Source of the DNA: Candidatus Sumerlaeaceae bacterium
Lineage (GTDB): Bacteria; Sumerlaeota; Sumerlaeia; Sumerlaeales; Sumerlaeaceae
Length of the DNA stretch: 64,000 nucleotides
Direction: 5' to 3'
NCBI GenBank assembly: GCA_051003195.1
Contig: JBPCLP010000001.1
Coordinates: 1-64,000, forward strand
Shown here: positions 1-8,373 of the stretch, piece after piece
How positions within the stretch are numbered: position 1 is the first letter of the stretch
How the letters are laid out: each line of letters begins with the position of its first letter
Program-made: the position numbers and the translations under genes
Notes under the pieces: model-generated
Database searches by the model: none
The model's input: the letters and a program-made list of their open reading frames with translations, nothing else
What the model was told of the DNA's origin: nothing

Positions 1-222
1 CTTACCACGTTATGCACAATAAGCAACTCGGTGCATACTCTGTGTCTCTGTGCCTCTGTGGTAAGGGGCGGGCTAAGTGCCTTCTGTGAGAAGTTTGATC
101 GTCGAGCGTGCGAAGGGTCGGTGCCTCCGCGTCCCGGCAACTTAACCCTTCCCGCAACTGATCTTTTCTCGAAGTATCGCTGACGCTAGCAAATTAATTA
201 GTGAAACGTGTCCCCGTTATTC

Positions 223-563
223 TGGTCGATCCCCTGGCGAACTCACTGCCAATGGATACTTTCGAGCTCTCCCAGTTTCCGCCTGAGTAACTTCGACGCG
301 TGCATGGGGTCTACGACCCCGGGACCCGCCCGTGGACTCGCGCGTAGCGTCCACTGGCATGTTGCCTTCCCTTTCGGGGAACCAGGTCGGCAGTCCCAAT
401 GCGAAAAATTTCGTGGCTCAATACCCAGCCCGCGTCTACCTTTGCCAACGCTTCGCGACCGCCTCGCAGCAGGTTCGCGCATGACTCAAGGCCGTAGGTG
501 GGGCGCTAACCCTTCCACGTAAGGCTCTTTCATCCTCTGCTACTCATCGTTTACTGGCGCTTT
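223..563 (-). mobile_element. 5' fragment (domain I region) of a bacterial group II intron, no RT ORF and no domain V/VI
   Basis: Minus strand reads AAAGCGCCAG...GGATGAAAGAGCCTTACGTGGAAGGGTTAGCG...GAGTCATGCG...GAAGCGTTGGCA...GGGTATTGAGCCACGAAA...GCCGAC...GGAAGGCAACA...GAGACCCC-like...GAAACTGGGAGA, the conserved block order I recognise from group IIB/class E-like intron 5' ends. Flanked by TCCCCGTTATTC at 211-222 and 565-576. Confidence 0.75.
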
Positions 564-564
564 C

Positions 565-607
565 TCCCCGTTATTCCCCGTTATTCCGGAATTCTCCCCG
601 CATTATT
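565..607. repeat. Stuttered TCCCCGTTATTC repeat tract
   Basis: TCCCCGTTATTC CCCGTTATTC CGGAATTC TCCCCGCATTATT; same unit at 209-222 (TGTCCCCGTTATTC). Confidence 0.85.
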
Positions 608-628
608 TATGCAGTATCGGGAAGGGGG

Positions 629-2486
629 TCAGGAGGCACCGGCGTCCACCACTTGATCGCGTCCCGCTTGCTTGGCACGGTAAAGCGCCCGGTCGGCTGA
701 CTCGAGAAGGGCTCCCATCGTGGAACCATGCTCCGGGTAGACGGCGACACCGGCTGAGATTGATAGGCATCCCAGCGAGCGCCCGTTATGGTGGACAGAA
801 AGCTCCTTGATGGCAACGCGCAGCGCCTCAGCCCGTTTCACCGCGATCTCAAGGGACGCCTCGGGCATGATGATCATGAACTCCTCGCCCCCGTAACGAC
901 AGGCGATGTCACCACCCCGGATGCCAGTTTGCAGCACTTTGCCAGTGCGCGCCAGCAGAACATCGCCCGCATCGTGGCCAAAAGTATCATTAGACCTGCT
1001 TGAAGTGATCTAAATCCAGCATGATCATGGCCACGGGTAAATCCTTGCGCTTTGCACGGTACAATTCCCGTTCGAGCGATTCTTCCAAATAGCGGCGATT
1101 GAACAGGCCGGTTAGCGGGTCGCGTACCGCCTGAATTTGCAGAGTTTCGCGCAGTTTCAGATTGGCAATTGCCAGCGCCATGCGATCTACCATGCTTATG
1201 GCAAGCTGCTGCTCTAAATCCATGGTGGGTTCATTTGTTTCCTGTGACCGAGCGGTGTCCTTTTTCTCGAAATGCAGATGAAGCACGCCAATTGTCTCTC
1301 CGTGCGCTGTCATTGGGAGGCACAGATACTGCCCCGACAACGGGTAAGGCATATGACCGCAGGGTTGACCGGAACTCTCGGCCTGAACCCGATGTGGACG
1401 GCCTAACTTGAGTCCCCAGCACTCGTCGGGAGAATAGTCGCTCGCGCACGGGGGGGCGTCGCCCCACGCTATGATCACTTCCACCACGTCGCGTGAATTG
1501 GGCAGCAGGCACAGATTCCCGGAGCCCTCGGAGAAGATCTGCGGGAGAGCACGACCATAGATCGCTTGCGCTTCTTCGGCGCTGTTCGCACCCTGAAGCA
1601 AATAACCCGTCTCGTTGACCAGTTCGACTTTCCGGCTGCGCTGTTCAATCTCGTTAGCGGCAATCAGGAGATGGGCGTTGGCAACTTCCAGGGCGGATTG
1701 GGCCTGGTTACGCTGGGCGACTTCTTCTCCCAAGGACTGATTCAGATGAGTAAGCTGAGCCGTCCTTTCTTCCACCCGGGCCTCCAGTTCTCCCTGGGAT
1801 TTGCGGAGTGCTTCTTCTGCGGAGTTGAGGTCCGCGATATGGGTCATGAGTACTTCGTGCGACCGACGCCGACCGAGCGTAACTGAGATCCAGGCCAACC
1901 CCGCGACCACAATAACCAGCGCAGTTACTGCGACGGAGGTATAATGCCGCGCTTGTGCCCCGTGCAGATCACGTTCCAGATTTGTCCGCACCTGCGTAAG
2001 GTATGCGGAAACGCCATTGGTGTAAATCGTCTTTTGAGCTTCGTACTCGGGGCTGGAGAGCAGTGCTCGGGCTTCCTCGGCGCGGCCCTCCCGCACAAGC
2101 GTAAATGAACGGTTTTCCATCTGCACAAGTGCCTCGTTGGCAGCGTCCGTCTGCATCGTGCTACTGCCCATGAGATCGCCCGTGAGTGTTTTCGCTTCCT
2201 TGATAGCCGCATCCAGTTGGGGTTCAAACTTGCGGTAGCGTCCTTCCCATTTTAGGTCGCCGGTTGACGCGGCCATTCGGGCGGACATGGTTAGCACCTC
2301 ATCAAGGTGGATGATGACACCACGCAGTTGCTCGAGACGCAGATACTGAGTCTCGAACTGCGTCTGGTGCCGGTGGGACAAATACGCATCCCCCATCCAC
2401 AAGGCGAGCGAAACAACCGTCAGCAGCAGTGCACCCGTGCTCAAAAGCGCTTGGAATCGAGTCGCGTAAGTGACAGGTTGAGTCAT
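629..2486 (-). pseudogene. Membrane sensor-GAF-GGDEF diguanylate cyclase, frameshifted by a 1-bp insertion at about 992
   Basis: ORF 990..2486 ends DLDHFKQV-stop (GTC TAA TGA TAC). Removing one T restores NDTFGHDAGDVLLARTGKVLQTGIRGGDIACRYGGEEF, continuous with ORF 629..937. Two TM helices, coiled coil, GAF-like region and DPLTGLFNRR motif upstream. Confidence 0.9.
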
Positions 2487-2595
2487 ATCGCTACAAATAC
2501 GGAAGCACGCGGTTAAAACTCAAGCGGTGATTTTGGCATGCCACAGGCACTTGCAGATTTCATGAAACACGAACAAGGGGACGAACAAGGGGACA

Positions 2596-2967
2596 TCCAT
2601 GATAAGGATTCATGGGTTGGAGAAAGGAGTTCTCCACGCGGCGTAGATTGTGACACCTGCTCCGATCTGTAAGTTCCGATTTGCTGGACCTTTGGTGCGC
2701 TTTTTTGTTCTTCTGGGTTTAGTGGTGACGGGCCAGGCCCGCAGCCAGACATCCATTTGGCGTATCGGCTCCCGCGGGTGTTTTCTGCGGCGCCTTGCGC
2801 AAGATTGAGTTTGGGTATCAAACCTGACCGGCCTCGAAACAGGCAATGCGCTATATCGGAAACATCAGCCAAAGCTTCTGCTCGTCATAGAGTCCCCTTG
2901 GTGGCGAGGACCGGCAGGGTGAAAGCTAATAAGTCAGCAAATGGTTTATGTCATCTCCTCCGGTGCG
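2596..2967 (-). ncRNA. Putative bridge/seek RNA region of the IS110 element
   Basis: About 370-nt non-coding region after the transposase stop. Contains CAAGGGGAC (2900-2892, complementary to the target flank) and ATGGATGT (2756-2749, identical to the element right end plus core), each beside a hairpin. Exact RNA ends unknown. Confidence 0.7.
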
Positions 2968-3996
2968 CTACACGGCCGTGCGCTCTTGAAAGTTTTTACC
3001 GCTGATATCGACTGCCATCAGGTAAGCCACCAGTTTACGTGCGACAGCCAGCGTCGCCCGGTTCCTGTTTCCCTTTGCCAACTCGCGCTCGTGCACGGCT
3101 CGGCATTGCTCGTTCCAGCGCGGCGCTACTTTCGCCGCTTCAATCAGCATCTTCTGCAGGTGCTTGTTTCGCTGCTTGGAAATCGGCCCGCGCTTGTTAA
3201 TGCCGGCCGACTCGCTTTGCGCGCTCGTCAGCCCGCAGTAGCTCATCGCCTGTCCGATGCGGCCAAAGCGTTTGGGATCGCCCACCTCCAGCGCCCACGT
3301 CAGCGCCAGCGTCTCGCCTACGCCTGGGATTGTCTGGAGTCGCTCCACGCGCGCGGCAAGCCGCGGATCCTCCTGCAGTTTTTTGATCAGCGACTTCGAT
3401 CCCACCTGGAACATCTCCATGTGCGCGCGACTGGTCTTCAGCATTCGCTGCACGCTCTCAGGGGCCACTTCGCTGTCGAGGCTTCCCAGCAGCTCGTCGA
3501 AATACTTTTTGCCGTGAAGCCGGTCGATGTCATAATCGGCCCCTACCTCCATCAGCACTCCCGAGATCTTGTTCTTCATCCTGACCGCCTGGCCTACCAA
3601 CAGGTTGCGGAACCGAAGTTCGCGGCGCATCTCGCGGATTTCCGTCGGCGCCATGTAGCACTCGGGCAAAAGGTCAGCACGCAGGCAGTCGGCAATCTTG
3701 CTCGCATCTATCTTGTCGTTCTTCTTTTTTGACGCGGCGATCGCTCGCAGCATCAGCGGGTGCGCCACCTTAAGCTCGGCGGCGTGCGGTTTCAGATAAT
3801 CATAAATCCAGCCCGTGAAAAGCGTCGCCTCCATCGCGCCAATCCACGGCTCGCCGAATGAGTGGACCCACTCGGCCAGGCTGCGCCGGTTGGCCGCCAC
3901 CTTGCCCTGGCTGTGCAGCGCGCCATCAGCCCGCTTGGCGCACCACGAGATCGACTTTTTGTGGACATCGAGACCCACGTAGAGTGAAGCATTCAT
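2968..3996 (-). CDS. IS110 family transposase/recombinase (DEDD RuvC-like plus Tnp20 domain)
   Basis: YVGLDVHK, MEA, KNDKIDA (DEDD); IPGVG; YCGL...SESAG (catalytic Ser); AVARKL; RBS AGGAGG. Confidence 0.97.
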   Translation of the reverse strand: MNASLYVGLDVHKKSISWCAKRADGALHSQGKVAANRRSLAEWVHSFGEPWIGAMEATLFTGWIYDYLKPHAAELKVAHPLMLRAIAASKKKNDKIDASKIADCLRADLLPECYMAPTEIREMRRELRFRNLLVGQAVRMKNKISGVLMEVGADYDIDRLHGKKYFDELLGSLDSEVAPESVQRMLKTSRAHMEMFQVGSKSLIKKLQEDPRLAARVERLQTIPGVGETLALTWALEVGDPKRFGRIGQAMSYCGLTSAQSESAGINKRGPISKQRNKHLQKMLIEAAKVAPRWNEQCRAVHERELAKGNRNRATLAVARKLVAYLMAVDISGKNFQERTAV

Positions 3997-4113
3997 CTGA
4001 GTCCTCCTGGACGGTTTCTGAGCGTCTCGCCAAAAGCGAGATGTCTCAACTTGCGAATCACCGCTCAGCCGCAGGAGGGCTCAATTCTCAACCCTAAGTC
4101 CTTATGCATTCAA

Positions 4114-4263
4114 ACAGGGGGGCTGTTGAAAAACCTACACTGGAGGTGTCGAACATGAATAGCCGCAGGTGAAACCTGCGGATCTTGAGCGTAATCCCAG
4201 GCGACCCTGAAGGGGTCGAACAAAGATAGAGGGTTATTCAACAGCCCCCCTGTCCCCTTGTTC
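4114..4263. mobile_element. MITE-like element with terminal inverted repeats and internal REP-like hairpins; left arm interrupted by the IS110
   Basis: ACAGGGGGGCTGTTGAA (4114-4130) is the perfect reverse complement of 4237-4253. The IR extends to 27 bp using 2583-2595 versus 4251-4263. Internal hairpins CCGCAGGT-GAA-ACCTGCGG (4163-4181) and CGACCC-TGAAG-GGGTCG (4202-4218). Confidence 0.75.
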
Positions 4264-4634
4264 GCTGTTTCCCCCCTGTTTCCGTTATCTGAAGTTGGTC
4301 GCCAAGACCGAAGTGAACGGAAAGCCTTTCGCCGCGATCGCCGAGGTCGATGTTCTAATGGACGAGTAAAGTTGGGGAGTTTTTGCCGGGACTGCGGGCG
4401 TCCCCGCCCCGCAATTTCGGCAGCCGCCATGTCACGTGAACGAGCTCGCGAAACTTCCAAACCCGCAAAAGTGCCACAGCCCGCTGGTTACACGGATGAA
4501 TTTGACGCGTGCCTTGTGTGGCTTCTTGCGGCTCAGGTGCCACCCCTGGTCATGTATGTTGTGTGGCCCTGCGCGCGTCAGATTCCGACAGAGGCTGCGG
4601 CTTCGCGCGCAGCACAACTGCCTTCACCAGCCCG

Positions 4635-7600
4635 TTACGATCCCGGGATGGCTGCTTCTGCTGTATGCGCAACATTGGCGGCAGCATCGTAAACGATATG
4701 GTCCCCAACAATTTCGGTGACAGTGAACAAAGCTGTCCCGGCATCCTGAACAGTCGGAGAAGAAACAATCAGCGCCTGGCCTTCATCGTCTGTGATTCCG
4801 TACTTATTTGTATCAAGCACCACGCCTGCAAAATGACCCTTAACGCGTGCGCCTTTGATTTGGATGTTCATGTTGCTTACGACATCGACTTTCACATGGG
4901 CCTCGAAACCATTGCCACCCTTCACCCAGACCATTGCCACCTTTTTAATATGGACCTTAACCGGCTCCAGCAGCGCAGGGGTTGCCACAGAGGCTTCATT
5001 CGACCAGGGCGAACTTCCGCCACGGTTTATAGCGCGTATGACATAGTAGTAGGCGCTGTCCGGATTGACGAGAAGATCGCGATGGGAGGTGGTATTTGCG
5101 TCCAAAGTTGCGATCTCATTATAAGGCCCGCCTGCGGTGCCGGCACGCCCCACAATAAAGGCTTCTTCATTGCTGGAAACATCGCTCCAGCTCAGGTCCA
5201 CATGGATGCTTGAACCAGCTACCGCTGAAAGCCCTTGAGGAGTTTCGGGTGGCAGAGGCAGAGTTGTGGCAGAAGCTTCGTTCGAGTTGCCGGAGGATCC
5301 TCCGGCGTTTGCCGCGTGGACGACGTAGTAGTAGGTGGTATCTGGAGCTGCATTAGAGTCGATGTAGGAGGTCGTGTTCGCAGGAAGCGACGCGAGTTCC
5401 GGATACGGCCCCCCGGCAGTCGTGCTTCTTCCCACCACGATGAGGTCCTCGTTGTCTGCGTTATCGACCCAGGACAGAATGATCTCAGAAGAGCTGAGCG
5501 TGTCGGCAACCAATCCTGAAGGAGCCGCGGGCGGCAGGGGCGGCGTTCGCACCGACGCCTCATTGGACGCAGCCGACACACCGCTTGCGTTGGTTGCATA
5601 AACGGTGTAGTAGAAATTCGAATCAGGCGATGCAGTAGAATCCTCAAAGGAAACCGCGTCTGCCGCTGCCGTCCCGATTTCAGTATAAGGGCCTCCGGCT
5701 GAACTGCTTCGTCGTATGGAGAAGCCGGTTTCATTGTTTGCCATATCGGTCCAGCTCAGTACAACAGTGGTGGGGCTTCCGGCAATGGCAGACAGGTCGC
5801 GTGGAGCAGCCGGCGGCGGCTCATAAACGAACTTGACCGCATCGGCCATGACCACCGATGCGGTGTCGGTAAAGGCGTCGCTGATTCGAATGTAGCCCGC
5901 TGTGCCCTCATTCAAATAGAAGCTGCCCAGGCGGTTCCATCTTCCACCATTCTGCTTTTGATCCACGAGGACCGTGTTGCTTCCACCCGCATGATTAATA
6001 ATATGAGGCGCGCCTGATGTGCGGTTGCTCCCCTGCGGATGCCATTCGTAGACAAGATAACTGCCGGCCCGCTGAATGGTTGGCTTGTAGGTGACAAAGA
6101 AGGAGCCGCTCCCTTTGCCGCGGAAGCGATAATCGGCGCCGAACTTATCGACGGCGCTGGTGCCGGTGGACCACGTCCCGGTAATGACTGCCGCTGGATT
6201 ATCGATGATAATATCCGCAATGCCGCCGCTGACGTTGGTTGTGAAAGTTGAATCCCCGGAGGCAGCTCCGTTACCGGATGGATCCTGAGCAGTAATCCGA
6301 AAATGGTAAGTTGTCGAGGGCGTCAGTCCGGACAGGCCCAACGAATGGCGGATTTTCGGCCCAATGCTGCTCACGCTGTTACCATAGGCTGTACTTGTAC
6401 CATACTCTACAGCACCGTGAGTTGGTTCGTCGGTCAGCCATGAAATAACCGCGCTGACATCCGCTACATCCTCTGTCAGGACTTCACTGATTACCGGTGG
6501 CAGGTTGTCTGCCGCAGGAATTTGCAGATCAGCAACCACGATAGAACCCGCGGCAATGGTGACCGATTTGGTTGTTAAGCCGCGTCCGGCAGAGGAAGCC
6601 TGCACCGTGTATGTGCCGGGTTCGGTTTCAAAGAATACGTATTTCCCACGAACCTCCGACTTCTGCGACATCGGCGCCGGACCTTCGAGTCGAATTGCTG
6701 CGTTGTAAATGGGTGCAGCATCTTCTTCGCTCGTAACAGTTCCTTTCAGTATGCCTTTGGCAGGCGCTATCTTCCACGGCAGCAGCGGTGGTGGCTCATA
6801 GACCGGCTGGTACTGATCCCGAATATATGCGAAAGTACCGGCCTGGTCAACGGCGCCACTGTTAGGCACGGCGTAAGAATAAAGGATGGTACCGGAAAAC
6901 GGTCTCGAGCGGCTGTAAAGGAGCTGGTCCACGGTGTTCTCGCGGGTGTTGAGGTAAGACCCCTGGCCCATAATAACCCAGCGCGCCCCCTGGTGGGCGA
7001 AGGCGTCATCGGCGCGGCTGTTAAACGTTGCGTTATTCGCCGTGTAATTCATCGGCATGCATAGATCGATGATTCCCTCGTGATTCCAGCGTGACCAGTC
7101 CTGGAATCGCGCATTATATGCGTCGCTGCGGCTCCCAAAAACCGCCGCGGATACCTGCAGATCTGGTCGGATAGCCAACAGGTCCGCATTCGTCCAGCGC
7201 AGGAAATCTGTGACCTGTCTGCGTCGCCAGTCCGACCATTGGGCATCCGATGGCGAGGGCTTACCGGACAATTCGAATTCACTGTTGTAGCGCGCCAGCG
7301 CCGTATCGTTGTAACCGGCATCTGTTGTCGGGTATCTGATATAGTCCCAGTGAAATCCATCAATAGAATACCGGCTGACAACGTCTATGGCCATGTTATA
7401 GTTCCACTGCGTTGCTCCCGGATGGCCCGGATCGACATAGAAACCTTCGCCGATGCGTGTTGCACCCGTGGACGATTTTGTCAGGTACTCCGGGTGCAGA
7501 TTGTAGACGTGCCCTGGCTGAGACGGTGGGTTGGTCGCATCGCTCCAGACCAGGTGGGTGATAGCCCAGCAATGGACCTGGATGGGCGGCTCAGCAGCAT

Positions 7601-7910
7601 GACATTGCCGGATCACTTCTGCCAGTGCATCATAGCCGACGGGAAGTGCAGTGGTACGCGGATCTCCGTTTGGCGCCTGCGGAATATACCAGGCATCTCC
7701 GCGCCGCCGCATCTGCACGAACACGGAGTTAAAGTTATACTCCCTGCACTTGCTGACAAGACTGCTCACCTCTGTGGGCGTCATGTACCCTGCATGCCAG
7801 GCATCAACCCACAAAGCCCGTAGCTCATCTGCACGAACGCTATTTCCAGCGAATATACAAGCTATAAAAAGTGCTGCAAGGCAGCTGCGGTACCATATTA
7901 CGTTAACCAT
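4635..7910 (-). CDS. Secreted GHL10/YddW-like glycoside hydrolase with carboxypeptidase-regulatory-like, FN3, golvesin-like and three tandem FN3 domains
   Basis: Signal peptide from ATG 7910; ELRALWV, VFVQMRRRGDAWY, YDAL, VHCW, DPGHP, IDGFHWDYIRYP, QDW; IIIDN...WST...GADY; three PPAAP..L.A...LSW.D...NE repeats. Confidence 0.85.
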   Translation of the reverse strand: MVNVIWYRSCLAALFIACIFAGNSVRADELRALWVDAWHAGYMTPTEVSSLVSKCREYNFNSVFVQMRRRGDAWYIPQAPNGDPRTTALPVGYDALAEVIRQCHAAEPPIQVHCWAITHLVWSDATNPPSQPGHVYNLHPEYLTKSSTGATRIGEGFYVDPGHPGATQWNYNMAIDVVSRYSIDGFHWDYIRYPTTDAGYNDTALARYNSEFELSGKPSPSDAQWSDWRRRQVTDFLRWTNADLLAIRPDLQVSAAVFGSRSDAYNARFQDWSRWNHEGIIDLCMPMNYTANNATFNSRADDAFAHQGARWVIMGQGSYLNTRENTVDQLLYSRSRPFSGTILYSYAVPNSGAVDQAGTFAYIRDQYQPVYEPPPLLPWKIAPAKGILKGTVTSEEDAAPIYNAAIRLEGPAPMSQKSEVRGKYVFFETEPGTYTVQASSAGRGLTTKSVTIAAGSIVVADLQIPAADNLPPVISEVLTEDVADVSAVISWLTDEPTHGAVEYGTSTAYGNSVSSIGPKIRHSLGLSGLTPSTTYHFRITAQDPSGNGAASGDSTFTTNVSGGIADIIIDNPAAVITGTWSTGTSAVDKFGADYRFRGKGSGSFFVTYKPTIQRAGSYLVYEWHPQGSNRTSGAPHIINHAGGSNTVLVDQKQNGGRWNRLGSFYLNEGTAGYIRISDAFTDTASVVMADAVKFVYEPPPAAPRDLSAIAGSPTTVVLSWTDMANNETGFSIRRSSSAGGPYTEIGTAAADAVSFEDSTASPDSNFYYTVYATNASGVSAASNEASVRTPPLPPAAPSGLVADTLSSSEIILSWVDNADNEDLIVVGRSTTAGGPYPELASLPANTTSYIDSNAAPDTTYYYVVHAANAGGSSGNSNEASATTLPLPPETPQGLSAVAGSSIHVDLSWSDVSSNEEAFIVGRAGTAGGPYNEIATLDANTTSHRDLLVNPDSAYYYVIRAINRGGSSPWSNEASVATPALLEPVKVHIKKVAMVWVKGGNGFEAHVKVDVVSNMNIQIKGARVKGHFAGVVLDTNKYGITDDEGQALIVSSPTVQDAGTALFTVTEIVGDHIVYDAAANVAHTAEAAIPGS

Positions 7911-8005
7911 ACCTTTTGTTTGGGGCAAAAAGCACGAACGTGTCAAGTGCAAGCCTCGGGTTTTGAGGGGACAGTCGTCATGCCGCCGGGCGGCACCCTG
8001 AAACC

Positions 8006-8236
8006 ATGAAAATTCCTCGCCATCGTGATCGCTTTGTTGGCAATGGATCGACTTTCCGATGCGATGCCGAGGAAGGGCCGAACCGCTTAATCCACGCACT
8101 GCGTACGTGGCTAAAAGCACAGGGTCGTCCTGCGGACTTAGTCATCTGGGAAACGAGAGGACAGGAACTGGGTGACATCCAGAAACAAGGGTCAGGCCTA
8201 CCGTTAATTCGTATTCGGTTCTGTGTGCCGAACTAA
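8006..8236 (+). CDS. Possible small hypothetical protein
   Basis: 76-aa ATG ORF filling the gap before phoH; no recognisable motif. Confidence 0.3.
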   Translation: MKIPRHRDRFVGNGSTFRCDAEEGPNRLIHALRTWLKAQGRPADLVIWETRGQELGDIQKQGSGLPLIRIRFCVPN

Positions 8237-8373
8237 GCCCATCTTCCACGCTCAAACTGGAAAGGAATTTCTGGTTCGGCACACCGGTGCGTTGTTTGTC
8301 TTGTGGCTTGAGGCTTTTTGCGGAATGGCACGCTGTGTGCATTAGCTGCGCTTTCGGTCCTGGGGAGTCCTGA

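Larger units (their letters stand above)
2593..4113 (-). mobile_element. IS110-family insertion sequence, IS1111-type (sub-terminal inverted repeats, long 3' non-coding region)
   Basis: Contains the transposase. Core ACA/TGT is present at both ends (2593-2595, 4114-4116). Sub-terminal IRs are ATGATAAGGATT (2599-2610) and AGTCCTTATGCAT (4097-4109). Removing the element regenerates a perfect reverse complement of 4237-4263. Confidence 0.9.

Noticed and set aside
1..64. CTTACCAC...GTGGTAAG palindrome with a CTCTGTG triplet as a distinct element
   Set aside because: Probably a short intergenic repeat, but it lies at the window edge as a single copy and cannot be characterised.
208..522. ORFs 208..522, 217..399 and 243..482 as proteins
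   Set aside because: They overlie the intron-like RNA fragment and have no protein motifs.
2513..3005. Short ORFs downstream of the IS110 transposase
   Set aside because: They lie in the IS non-coding end, better explained as guide RNA.
4258..4692. ORF with an FCRDCG zinc-ribbon-like motif
   Set aside because: It starts inside the repeat end, overlaps the hydrolase 3' end and has no RBS; not supportable.
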